NCBI RefSeq assembly: GCF_001481685.1
Contig: NZ_CP006867.1
Span: 990,001-1,022,000, forward strand
DNA: 32,000 bases
Source: Ignicoccus islandicus DSM 13165
GTDB lineage: Archaea; Thermoproteota; Thermoprotei_A; Sulfolobales; Ignicoccaceae
Direction of reading: 5' to 3'
Of this stretch, positions 23,987 through 32,000 are shown in pieces (position 1 is the stretch's first letter; every line of letters starts with the position of its first letter). Position numbers and translations under genes: made by a program. The notes below the pieces were generated by a model. The model saw only the letters and a list, made by a program, of their open reading frames with translations. It did not search any database and was not told where the DNA came from.

Positions 23987-24670
23987 TTGAGCTGCGAAAG
24001 AGCGAGAAAGTACCTAGAGGGACTACGCGGAGCCCTGAAGAGCTTGAATTTTTCCGATGACGTGGAAAAAGTAGTTGATCTAGCTAGGAGATACGTGGAC
24101 GATACCGAGTACTACGTAAACAAAGGCGACTGCGAAACGGCCTTGGTAACCGCTTCCTACGCCGAAGGCTTGCTCGATGCCTTGAGGCTAATAGGAAAGG
24201 CGAATTTCCAATGGAAGAGAGAGGAAAGACCCAAGGTACTGGTTGGAGGTACCTTCGACCTACTCCATCCAGGACACGTGGAGCTCTTAAAGGAAGCTTC
24301 CAAGTACGGAGACGTAATTGCCGTGGTTGCAAGGGACGAGAACGTTAGAAAGATAAGGGGAAGGGATCCAGTTCTACCCCAAGAGCAAAGGGCGTACATG
24401 CTTTCATCCATAAAGTACGTCAAAGAAGCAATGGTAGGTGAGGAAGATCCCCTCGAGAGCATATTGAAGGTTAAACCCGATATAGTGTTCTTGGGTCCAG
24501 ATCAATTCTGGAAAGAGGAAGAGTTGAAGAGAAGACTGAGGGAAAGGGGCTTAGAGGTTGAGGTAATTAGAATGAAGGAGAAGAAGTGCATACCGAGAGG
24601 CATTTGCTCGTCGAGGAAAATAGTGGAAAGGGTATTGGAATTGTTCTGTGGGAAGAAGAGCCGGGAGTGA
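23987..24670 (+). CDS. ribL: Cytidylyltransferase-family FAD synthetase (RibL-like) with an N-terminal helical (DUF357-like) extension
   Basis: 227 aa. GGTFDLLHPGHVELLKEA carries the (H/T)xGH nucleotidyltransferase motif. The roughly 85-aa N-terminal segment (...YVNKGDCETALVTASYAEGLLDAL) resembles the archaeal DUF357 pattern as I recall it. The start is TTG. Confidence 0.7.
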   Translation: MSCERARKYLEGLRGALKSLNFSDDVEKVVDLARRYVDDTEYYVNKGDCETALVTASYAEGLLDALRLIGKANFQWKREERPKVLVGGTFDLLHPGHVELLKEASKYGDVIAVVARDENVRKIRGRDPVLPQEQRAYMLSSIKYVKEAMVGEEDPLESILKVKPDIVFLGPDQFWKEEELKRRLRERGLEVEVIRMKEKKCIPRGICSSRKIVERVLELFCGKKSRE

Positions 24671-24738
24671 CCCGCCCCGCGCCCATCGGTCCCCGAGACG
24701 GCGGGGCTTCTATGCGCGGGACCGGGGTTCGCGGTTCC
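24671..24738. other. Unassigned G+C-rich structured island between convergent genes (candidate small RNA or structured 3' element)
   Basis: The sequence cccgccccgcgcccatcggtccccgagacggcggggcttctatgcgcgggaccggggttcgcggttcc allows two helices. One is GCCCCGC (24674-80) / GCGGGGC (24701-07). The other is GGGACC (24718-23) / GGUUCC (24733-38). No tRNA, C/D or H/ACA signature was found by eye. Confidence 0.25.
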
Positions 24739-24765
24739 TTCTTCGCTAAAGGATTATAAAAACTT

Positions 24766-25248
24766 TTACCATCCGAGCACTCCGCCTATGTCAGCGCTCT
24801 CCTCAGCTTGGGAGGAACATTGAACGGCCAGCGCTCCTATTTTGTCGGCCAACCAAGACCTAACGTTATCCAACTTACCTTCTTCAACGACGTACATGTC
24901 CGAAAGCTGCGCGTCCTTGCACTTCCCGAAGAACCTGGCTTCTATCATGTTACCCCTCTTTCCGAAGGTGACCTCGGCTTCTATCTCGTAAGTTCCCGGA
25001 ACTACCTTCCTGACCTCGCCTCCGGACCTTATCTCACCTTCTTCAACAGAGAACTTGGCCGAAATGGTAAGGGAGCCCTCGCCTTCTTGGACTTTAACGT
25101 CTACTTCCTTTAGAGCCCCTCCTAGGTAGTTTTCCAAGCCCTTCTTCACTTGCTTCTCCGCTGATCTCGCGCTTATCAAAGCCCTTTCCCAGTTCTGAGA
25201 TCGCTCGGAGGGGTTATAACGTGGAGTTCTCGAAGGGTGAGCTGCCAC
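24766..25248 (-). CDS. Hypothetical protein
   Basis: 160-aa ORF divergent from the MMPL transporter gene. It has coding-like composition and no recognisable motif. Confidence 0.45.
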   Translation of the reverse strand: MAAHPSRTPRYNPSERSQNWERALISARSAEKQVKKGLENYLGGALKEVDVKVQEGEGSLTISAKFSVEEGEIRSGGEVRKVVPGTYEIEAEVTFGKRGNMIEARFFGKCKDAQLSDMYVVEEGKLDNVRSWLADKIGALAVQCSSQAEESADIGGVLGW

Positions 25249-25299
25249 TCCCTTACTTACTTAAAAAGATAACGTTACATTGCCACACCCGGTGGAACG

Positions 25300-27924
25300 G
25301 TGAAGAAAGTACTCGCTTGGGTAGCGATAGCGATAATTGCCGCGCTCTTCGCAGCCAAGCTCGATAGCGTTCTAGTCTATTCGGAGACAGCGATGCTGCC
25401 TCCGCAAGCCGAATCCTATAAGGTAAAGGAGGCCGTGAACCGTTACTTCCCGGACTTAAGTAATAGAACGATACTAATGGTTTCGTTAAAGTACAACGTA
25501 ACGGATCAAAGAGTTGCGGATTGGTACCACCAATGGAAGAACGAAACGGGTCTGGACGCTAGCAGTTACATAGATCTAGTAGAGAAGTTTCGCGACGCCC
25601 TAAAGGGGGTGTACAACGGCCTTGGGAAGATGGTAAAGGGCGTTTCGAAGGGCTTCGCGGGTTACTGGATGGTAACCGATTTGGTTCACTTCACAATGGT
25701 AATGAATGGCCTCTACGACCTAAGCGAAGAAGAAGCTATAGAGATGTATAAGCAAGTGACCCTCGGAACGCCTTTAGAGAAGTATTCCGATATTGCTAAG
25801 ACGCTATATGAAACCGTGAAATCGAAGAAACTGGACCCCAACAGCTTGGACGAGTCGCAATTAGCCCTAATAGCTAAACACAAGTTACTGGAAGGGTTAA
25901 GCAACGACTATGCTAGGAGCTACACGCTCTGCTTAGGATGTAAGGTCATTCAAAAGGTCAAGGGACTCCAGCTCTGGCTCAACTACGGATTCGATCCCGA
26001 TTCTCTAAAGAATGAAATAGACAAGTATGTAAACGAAACGGTACCTGAAGCAGTTAAATGCTTCGCTTCTCAAAAGCTCAAGGACTTACCTCAAGACGTA
26101 GCGGTGGAACTGCTACTAGCTGCATGGGAAGGTAGAAGCGTTAATTTGGACCAGATGGTTAACAGGGCAATTGAAGAGAAGTTCGGTGACATGATACATT
26201 ACTTAATGGTTTCAAAGGATTGGAAAACGATGCTAATTACCATAAAGAACGCCAGCTACGAGCAAGCCATCGAAGCCAAGAGGAAGGCCTTGAAGAGCGA
26301 AGTCGTTACCGAGGCCTACTTGATGGGAGGGGAAGTACTGAATAGGGAAATGAAGGAAGCCAACTTAGAGGACGCCGAGAGGGTTCAGGAGCTAAGCCAC
26401 GTTGCGGTCTTGTTAGTGCTCTTCGCTATAACTAGGTCCGTAGTAGCTTCCGTAATACCGTTCATTGTAGTAGGAATAGGTATAGTAACTGGAATGGCGT
26501 TAGCCTACTTCCTCGGACAATTGTTCCCCATCTACCAAATGGCGAAGACGCTGATGATAACTACGGGACTCGGTCTGGGTATGGACTATAGCATATTCAT
26601 CCTCTCTAGGTTCAAGGAAGAATTGAGGCAAGGCGTGGAGGTTCACGAAGCCGCTAAGATCGCTGCCAAGAGGGCTGGTCACGCTGTAGGCATCTCAGCC
26701 CTAGCAGCTTCCATGGGGTTCGCGTCCCTCGCCTTGTCCGGAACCTTGATGTTAAACAGCATGGGTCTAACTATACCATTGGTAGTCATAGCTACTGCGA
26801 TTGCTTCAATGACCATGCTACCGGAGCTCTTAGCTCTATTAGGTAAGAAGACTTGGTTCTGGTGGCCTATAGGGCTCAAGGAAGAAAAGAGGAAGGTAGG
26901 CGAAACCCCAGTTGTACCTAGGAAGGGAATAGTATTTATTGCGTTCGTAGTAGTATTAGTGATAACGATCTTCAGCTTATACTTCTACGTGAACTACAAA
27001 GGCAGTAGCGACAGCAGGCTATTCATACCCAGCGGAACCGAGGCTTACGAGGCCCTCCAAAAGTTCTCCGAGAAGTTCCCCGGAGGGGCTTGGGGTCCGA
27101 TCCAGATATACGTGGAAAGATATAACGGATTCGCGTGGAAGCTCGTTAAAGAGCAATTGTTGAAGATGAACGGCGTAGTAGCCGTAATGGATCCCAACGA
27201 GAACTTCGGTACCTTAAAGGATGGCAAGGGAGTTGGACTCGTAATACTCAAATACGAGCCCTTCTCAGAGGAAGCTTTAGACATGGTGCCGAAAATAAGG
27301 AACTTAGTTCACTCGAAGCTCAATGGAATGGTTGGGGGAATGCCCGCTGAGCTATACGATACGAAAACCTTAGTGACCGCGAGCTTCTGGCAAAGGGTAA
27401 CGCCCTTCGCCATCATCGCTACGATGGCTGTTCTCGCGCTTGCCGTCAGGAAGGTAGATCCAGTAATTTCCGCTGGCTTCGGGTTAATTGCAGCCATCTC
27501 TTGGGCAGTCACGCTATCTCACTACCTCTCGGTGGCCCTTTGGGGCTATCCCTTATACTGGATTACCCCAATGGTCGCCTTGATAGCGACGCTAGGAATT
27601 GGTACCGATTACAACGTGTTCTTCATAACAAGGATAATAGAGGAAATAGAGAAGAAGAGGGACTACCTAGGAGGCGTATGGAGGCCCCTGAAACTAGTGG
27701 GTCCCATAATATTCGGATTAGCGTCTATAATGGCGTCAGCGTACTTCGGAATGTTAGTGGCTAGGTCCATAGGATTGAAGCAAATGGGTCTGGCACTAGG
27801 CTTCTCGGCCCTGTTCGCCGCACTGAACGCCATACTACTGAACCCGATAGTCCTAACGGTCATATCAAGTTTCAAGGGATCGTTAAAGAGGGCCGGGAAG
27901 GAGTCGGAAGAGGTAATAGAATGA
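25300..27924 (+). CDS. MMPL/RND-superfamily membrane transporter (two MMPL repeats, COG1033/COG2409-like)
   Basis: 874 aa. It has two hydrophobic blocks, each preceded by a large soluble loop. Signature-like segments are TGLGLGMDYSIFILSRFKEEL and, in repeat 2, TLGIGTDYNVFFITRIIEEI. The start is GTG, with TTAAAAAGATA about 35 nt upstream. Confidence 0.85.
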   Translation: MKKVLAWVAIAIIAALFAAKLDSVLVYSETAMLPPQAESYKVKEAVNRYFPDLSNRTILMVSLKYNVTDQRVADWYHQWKNETGLDASSYIDLVEKFRDALKGVYNGLGKMVKGVSKGFAGYWMVTDLVHFTMVMNGLYDLSEEEAIEMYKQVTLGTPLEKYSDIAKTLYETVKSKKLDPNSLDESQLALIAKHKLLEGLSNDYARSYTLCLGCKVIQKVKGLQLWLNYGFDPDSLKNEIDKYVNETVPEAVKCFASQKLKDLPQDVAVELLLAAWEGRSVNLDQMVNRAIEEKFGDMIHYLMVSKDWKTMLITIKNASYEQAIEAKRKALKSEVVTEAYLMGGEVLNREMKEANLEDAERVQELSHVAVLLVLFAITRSVVASVIPFIVVGIGIVTGMALAYFLGQLFPIYQMAKTLMITTGLGLGMDYSIFILSRFKEELRQGVEVHEAAKIAAKRAGHAVGISALAASMGFASLALSGTLMLNSMGLTIPLVVIATAIASMTMLPELLALLGKKTWFWWPIGLKEEKRKVGETPVVPRKGIVFIAFVVVLVITIFSLYFYVNYKGSSDSRLFIPSGTEAYEALQKFSEKFPGGAWGPIQIYVERYNGFAWKLVKEQLLKMNGVVAVMDPNENFGTLKDGKGVGLVILKYEPFSEEALDMVPKIRNLVHSKLNGMVGGMPAELYDTKTLVTASFWQRVTPFAIIATMAVLALAVRKVDPVISAGFGLIAAISWAVTLSHYLSVALWGYPLYWITPMVALIATLGIGTDYNVFFITRIIEEIEKKRDYLGGVWRPLKLVGPIIFGLASIMASAYFGMLVARSIGLKQMGLALGFSALFAALNAILLNPIVLTVISSFKGSLKRAGKESEEVIE

Positions 27925-28928
27925 TTGCGATGGCTACCACCAATCCAGGCTTAGAGGACGTAGCTGAATGGGAAGTTGCTTCTTGGGGAGCTAAACCCAT
28001 CTCCCGAGAGGAAGGGAGGACGTTTTTCGAGTGGGATGGTTCTCTCGATGAATTAGTTTGGAAAATCGAGAGAAGCAATACCCTCCACAAAGTGGTCGTA
28101 ATTTTCTATAGGGGATCTCTCGAAGGAATCGATCTCAGTTGGGTTCCGAAGTACGTGAGCCCTGGAGTGAAGTTCGCGGTCAGGGCTCAGAGGATAGGCG
28201 AAGGCATCCACTCAATGGAACTAGCTAAATTGGTTGGCGAGAAGGTTATTGAAGAAGTAGAGAAATTTTATGGAGAGAAACCGGAGGTCGACTTGGACTA
28301 CCCCTCAGTAGTTGTTTACGCTGAGAGTAGGTTCGGTGAAATAATAATAGGGCTTCAAGTTAGCGGCGAGGAATCGCTTCACAGAAGATACTATAGGATA
28401 TATGAACACATGGCGTCCTTAAAACCTACCATAGCTTATTCAATGCTAAAGTTGGCGGGAGCCGAAGAGGCTGAAGTACTAGTAGATCCAATGTGCGGAT
28501 CCGGCACTATAGCTATAGAAGCAACGAAGTTCCTAATACCTAAGATATATTGTTTCGATATTAAGAAGAAGTACGTAGAGATAGCTAAAGCTAACGCGAA
28601 AGCGGCAATGGTTGAGGATTTGATAGAATTCGATGCATGGGACGCCACCAAGCTCCACGAAAGAGTTACAGACGTGGACTTGATAGCCGTTAATCCGCCT
28701 TACGGCATAAGAATGGGGAGCCCTAGGAAAGTATTGAAGTTATATGAGGATTTCTCCCGTTCCTCCTATCAGGCCTTGGGACGAAACGGGAAGTTAGTTA
28801 TGATAACTCCCTTAAAGGAGGCGAAGGAAATATTCATCAGGAACGGATTCGAACTAATGAGTAAAAGAAGCGTGTACCACGGTGACTTATGGACTGAGCT
28901 GATGCTATTTAGGAAGAGGACTTCTTAG
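27921..28928 (+). CDS. THUMP-domain SAM-dependent RNA (guanine-N2) methyltransferase (Trm14/COG0116-like)
   Basis: 335 aa. The N-terminal ferredoxin-like/THUMP region (ATTNPGLEDVAEWEV...) is followed by SAM motif I (VLVDPMCGSGTIAIEA) and the catalytic NPPYG motif (AVNPPYGIRMG). Its ATG overlaps the MMPL stop (ATGA). Confidence 0.8.
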   Translation: MIAMATTNPGLEDVAEWEVASWGAKPISREEGRTFFEWDGSLDELVWKIERSNTLHKVVVIFYRGSLEGIDLSWVPKYVSPGVKFAVRAQRIGEGIHSMELAKLVGEKVIEEVEKFYGEKPEVDLDYPSVVVYAESRFGEIIIGLQVSGEESLHRRYYRIYEHMASLKPTIAYSMLKLAGAEEAEVLVDPMCGSGTIAIEATKFLIPKIYCFDIKKKYVEIAKANAKAAMVEDLIEFDAWDATKLHERVTDVDLIAVNPPYGIRMGSPRKVLKLYEDFSRSSYQALGRNGKLVMITPLKEAKEIFIRNGFELMSKRSVYHGDLWTELMLFRKRTS

Positions 28929-29649
28929 CCTCGCTTATTAGTTCGGCTATTTCGTCTTTGGTTAACTTCCTCATGACCTTCTCGTCCGTCCTTATTATTC
29001 CGATCTCGTATATCTCTGGCTTGGGTATTTCCTCGCTGACCTCCATTAGGGCCTTCAACGCAAGTATAATGGCTTCCCTTAGACTCATGTCGTACTTATA
29101 CCTCCCTTCTATGTAGTCTTGTATCGAAGCGTACTCTTGGCCTATAGCTACTGCGTAATAGCTCATGTACTGACCGCTTGGCTCCGTCATAATTACTTGA
29201 GGTCCGAACTCATCTATACCAGCGAGTATTAAGGCAACACCGAAAGGCCTCACTCCCGCGTGTTGCGTATAAGCTTGCTTCACGTCGCTGATGGCTTTAG
29301 CTACTACCTCCACCGTGGGAGGTTCGTCGTAGAGGAACCTGTGCCTGAGGGCGACCTCCTTGGCTAGGTCTATTAACAGCCTACCGTCAGCGGCCAATCC
29401 GGCGAAGCTCGCCATTATATGTTCGTCTATCTTGAATATCTTCTCGACCCTATCGTACTCAACTAGTGCCCTCACCTTCTTCTTTTCAACAGCTATTAGA
29501 ACGCCCTCCTTACATTTCATTCCTATTGTGCTCCAACCCCTCTTTACGGACTCGAAGGCGTACTCCACTTGGTATAGCTTACCGTCCGGCGAGAAGACGG
29601 TAATAGCTCTATCGTAGCCCATTTGCTGGGGGCCTAGTCCGAAGACCAC
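28909..29649 (-). CDS. psmA: Proteasome subunit alpha
   Basis: 246 aa. GYDRAITVFSPDGKLYQVEYAFESVKRG is the canonical alpha-subunit N-terminal signature. Confidence 0.95.
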   Translation of the reverse strand: MVFGLGPQQMGYDRAITVFSPDGKLYQVEYAFESVKRGWSTIGMKCKEGVLIAVEKKKVRALVEYDRVEKIFKIDEHIMASFAGLAADGRLLIDLAKEVALRHRFLYDEPPTVEVVAKAISDVKQAYTQHAGVRPFGVALILAGIDEFGPQVIMTEPSGQYMSYYAVAIGQEYASIQDYIEGRYKYDMSLREAIILALKALMEVSEEIPKPEIYEIGIIRTDEKVMRKLTKDEIAELISEAKKSSS

Positions 29650-29723
29650 TTTTCAAGCACCGGAAACCTTACGTTGAAGGGCAATTTAGAGTTTCCCCCT
29701 TAACGCTTCGAGGGACGAGGAGG

Positions 29724-30263
29724 TTGTTGAACTGGAAATTGGCATTGGCTATTGCATTGATATTCGCTCTGGCTCCGTTTAGCTCTTCCATCCCATGTTT
29801 CGATGTTGGAGCCAAGGGGTTAGCTAAGCTGATTTCTATTACGCAAAGCCTGCCTTTCTTCGTCGTGTGGACTGCCCTCATAGCTTACAAGAGGAAGTCC
29901 GAATGGAAGGAGGTGGTCCTAGAGGCGATCGCACTTAATTTGGCTGTGTTCGCCTTGAAGGAGTGCTTAATGAGGCCGAGGCCTCCGGGAAGCACTTCGT
30001 TCAGCTACGGCTACCCTTCCGGGCACTCAGCTAGGGCAATGTGGGTAGCGCTCCACCTATCGGAGCTGTACCCCTCGCTCAGGCCAGCGCTTTTCGCTTA
30101 CGCAATTGCCGTAGGGTGGTCGAGAGTAGAGCTTTGCGAGCACTTCCCCTTAGACGTCCTCGGGGGCTACTTAGTAGCATATTCGATAAGGAAAGCATTC
30201 CCACTATTAAGGTCGAGGCTCGTTGTAAACGGGGTAAGGAATGAAAATAATACGAATAGGTAA
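29724..30263 (+). CDS. PAP2-family (type 2 phosphatidic acid / undecaprenyl-PP-like) membrane phosphatase
   Basis: 179 aa. The three PAP2 motifs occur in order: KECLMRPRP, YPSGHSARA and SRVELCEHFPLDV. The TTG start is preceded by GAGGAGG. Confidence 0.8.
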   Translation: MLNWKLALAIALIFALAPFSSSIPCFDVGAKGLAKLISITQSLPFFVVWTALIAYKRKSEWKEVVLEAIALNLAVFALKECLMRPRPPGSTSFSYGYPSGHSARAMWVALHLSELYPSLRPALFAYAIAVGWSRVELCEHFPLDVLGGYLVAYSIRKAFPLLRSRLVVNGVRNENNTNR

Positions 30264-30858
30264 CTTCTCCATAGATGAGGCATTGAAGGAGGCTAAGAGA
30301 GTTTTGGAAAAGGGAGGCTTAGTGATAGTCCCTACCGAAACCGTCTATGGAATAGCCTCTAAATTAGAGCACGCTCGAAGAATATACAAGGCGAAGAAGA
30401 GGCCTAGGGACAAGCCCTTGCCGGTCCAAACGACCCTCTGTGACATTGAGAAGGTCGCTCAAATGAACGAGAAAGCCAGGCTTCTAGCTAAGAAGTTCTG
30501 GCCCGGACCACTAACTATCGTTATGAAGGCCAAGCCCACCGTCCCAGAGGTAGTGACCGCCGGGACCGGTAAGGTCGGAGTTAGGGTACCGGCACACCCC
30601 TTTACGCTGAGGTTACTTGAAATGGTAGGCCCGTTAGCGGTAACTTCGGCCAACTTGAGTGGAATGAAGAGCCCTAAGAGCCTAGAGGAGGTTACAGTTG
30701 AAGCTGACTTAGCAATAGACGCTGGTCCCGTTAGTGGAACGCCTAGCACCGTAGTTGACGTTACGGGGCCCCAGTTGAAGATACTCAGAGAAGGGCCTAT
30801 AAAGAGAAAAGACATAGAGAGAGTGATATATGGTGAGAACAAGGACTTCCTCTTCTGA
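30241..30858 (+). CDS. tsaC: L-threonylcarbamoyladenylate synthase (YrdC/Sua5 family, YrdC domain only)
   Basis: 205 aa. GGLVIVPTETVYGIA, KKRPRDKPLPV and SANLSG are the family motifs. Confidence 0.85.
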   Translation: MKIIRIGNFSIDEALKEAKRVLEKGGLVIVPTETVYGIASKLEHARRIYKAKKRPRDKPLPVQTTLCDIEKVAQMNEKARLLAKKFWPGPLTIVMKAKPTVPEVVTAGTGKVGVRVPAHPFTLRLLEMVGPLAVTSANLSGMKSPKSLEEVTVEADLAIDAGPVSGTPSTVVDVTGPQLKILREGPIKRKDIERVIYGENKDFLF

Positions 30859-30907
30859 AACAAAGTTAATTCCTCTTCGCTCCCATTAGGCTAAATGGGT
30901 AAAGGTA

Positions 30908-31870
30908 GTGAGGATCCTCGTCACGGGCGGAGCCGGCTTCATGGGATCAACGTTAGTGAGACACCTCCTCGAAAAGGGCTTCGAAGTGCACGTTCTAGAC
31001 GCTCTAACTTACGCCGGTAGAATAGAGAATTTAATAGAAGTAATGAACGAGATTCAGTTCCACTTAGTGGACTTGAGGGACTTCGAAGCCCTCTACGATA
31101 CTCTGAAGAGCATCGAACCGGATCTAATTTTCCACTTAGCTGCCGAGACCCACGTGGACAGAGGAATAAGGAATCCCTATCCGTTCTTGGAAAGCAACGT
31201 CAGAGGTACTCTCCACCTATTGGAGGTAATAAGGAGGCTCGACCTAAAGGCTACCCTAACTAGTACGGACGAGGTCTACGGAGACTTGTGGGGCAAGCCT
31301 CCTTGCAACGAAGAGTGTCCCCTAAGACCGTCTAACCCCTACTCGGCTTCCAAGGCCGCTGCAGACATGTTCGCCCTTTCATACATAAGGACGTATGGAG
31401 TGGAAGTGAACATAGTTAGGCCAGCCAACAACTACGGCCCTAGGCAGTACCCAGAGAAACTTATACCTAGAACCATCCTAAGGATAATGAGCGGCAAGAG
31501 GCCGCTAATACACGGAACGGGAAAGCAAATTAGGTCTTGGCTATACGTAGAGGACTTCGCCGAAGGTATAACTACAGTTGGCTTGAAGGGAAAGAAAGGA
31601 GAAATATATAACTTACCGGGCGAAAGGGAACTAAGCGTTATAGAGGTAGTTAAGACCATATTGAGGATAATGGGGAAGGACGAGGACTGGATAGAGTTCA
31701 CTGAAGACAGGCCCGGCCAAGACATGAGGTACGCCATGGTTGGGGAAAAGGTCAAGGCACTCGGCTGGGAGCCGAAGGTTACGTTTGAAGAAGGGATAAA
31801 GAGGACGGTAGATTGGTACTTGAACAACAAGTGGTGGTGGGAACCGCTTTTAAGCATTGAGAAAATTTGA
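30908..31870 (+). CDS. rfbB: dTDP-glucose 4,6-dehydratase (extended SDR)
   Basis: 320 aa. It carries ILVTGGAGFMGS, STDEVYGD and YSASKAAAD (YxxxK). Confidence 0.8.
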   Translation: MRILVTGGAGFMGSTLVRHLLEKGFEVHVLDALTYAGRIENLIEVMNEIQFHLVDLRDFEALYDTLKSIEPDLIFHLAAETHVDRGIRNPYPFLESNVRGTLHLLEVIRRLDLKATLTSTDEVYGDLWGKPPCNEECPLRPSNPYSASKAAADMFALSYIRTYGVEVNIVRPANNYGPRQYPEKLIPRTILRIMSGKRPLIHGTGKQIRSWLYVEDFAEGITTVGLKGKKGEIYNLPGERELSVIEVVKTILRIMGKDEDWIEFTEDRPGQDMRYAMVGEKVKALGWEPKVTFEEGIKRTVDWYLNNKWWWEPLLSIEKI

Positions 31871-32000
31871 GATCACTTCGAACAGCTCGCCGCACTCAAC
31901 GGGCAAGTGACCCTTAACTCCGACCTCCTCATCGCTCCCTACTGCTTTAACAATGGCTTTCGCCATTTCAATTGCGTTGTTCAAAACTTCCACTGCATTA
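31850..32000 (-). CDS. Partial ORF (C-terminal 49 aa) entering from the right edge, unknown function
   Basis: The minus-strand frame is open from position 31999 to a TAA at 31852-31850 (...NAVEVLNNAIEMAKAIVKAVGSDEEVGVKGHLPVECGELFEVISNFLNA*). It overlaps the rfbB 3' end by about 20 nt and is too short to classify. Confidence 0.3.
   Translation of the reverse strand, partial: NAVEVLNNAIEMAKAIVKAVGSDEEVGVKGHLPVECGELFEVISNFLNA

Noticed and set aside
24720-24731. The 12-nt match (gaccggggttcg) to the tRNA-Gln T-arm (6549-6560) as an att-site remnant delimiting an 18-kb integrated element.
   Set aside because: The identity stops inside the T-loop instead of extending to the tRNA 3' end. No integrase is present. 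The enclosed segment carries core genes (RNase P RNA, aroC, NMD3, GGR, tRNA-Asp, ribB).
517-31857. Numerous 60-140-aa antisense shadow ORFs in the track. Examples are 517-714, 1685-1870, 2726-3091, 3268-3645, 3748-4029, 4150-4392, 7038-7370, 14480-15136, 20232-21038, 23656-23961, 24084-24462, 24808-25113, 26500-27875, 29360-29617, 30459-30863 and 31432-31857.
   Set aside because: Each lies wholly inside a longer ORF on the opposite strand that has recognisable family motifs. Their translations are Ser/Thr/Leu/Pro-rich low-complexity strings typical of antisense frames.
1-32000. A CRISPR array, transposase/IS element, integrase, prophage or rRNA operon anywhere in the window.
   Set aside because: Reading both strands by eye, I found no regularly spaced direct repeats, no terminal inverted repeats flanking an ORF, and no integrase/transposase-like or rRNA-like sequence. 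A computational repeat scan would be needed to exclude short or degenerate repeats.

Overview
This 32 kb window looks like a densely packed chromosomal segment from a hyperthermophilic archaeon, probably a crenarchaeote (Desulfurococcales-like). The archaeal markers are ribosomal protein S25e, an NMD3 homologue, proteasome alpha subunit, a PAC2/PbaB-like proteasome chaperone, geranylgeranyl reductase, a tRNA-Gln with an A1-U72 pair, and an archaeal type-A RNase P RNA. The proteins are rich in K/E/V/I/L, and the RNA genes stand out as G+C-rich islands against moderate-GC coding DNA. Genes are tightly spaced, and several pairs show 4-nt ATGA/TTGA start-stop overlaps. I support about 40 protein genes, 2 tRNAs (Gln-UUG, Asp-GUC, both with encoded CCA) and 1 RNase P RNA. 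The RNase P RNA lies on the minus strand beneath two spurious plus-strand ORFs. I saw no CRISPR array, transposase, integrase or rRNA. The items most worth follow-up are: (1) an HAO-like octaheme cytochrome c (8 CXXCH) with no recognisable quinol-dehydrogenase or maturation partner, flanked by several Cys-rich and radical-SAM proteins. (2) An uncharacterised, translationally coupled two-gene cassette at 15784-17711, whose second product resembles a strongly reduced PEP-synthase-type ATP-grasp domain. (3) An orphan CARF-like (Cas_APE2256-like) protein wedged between lipid-reductase and ribosome-biogenesis genes. (4) A small unexplained GC-rich structured island at 24671-24738. All family assignments rest on motif recognition by eye in the supplied translations. 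No database search or folding program was run.
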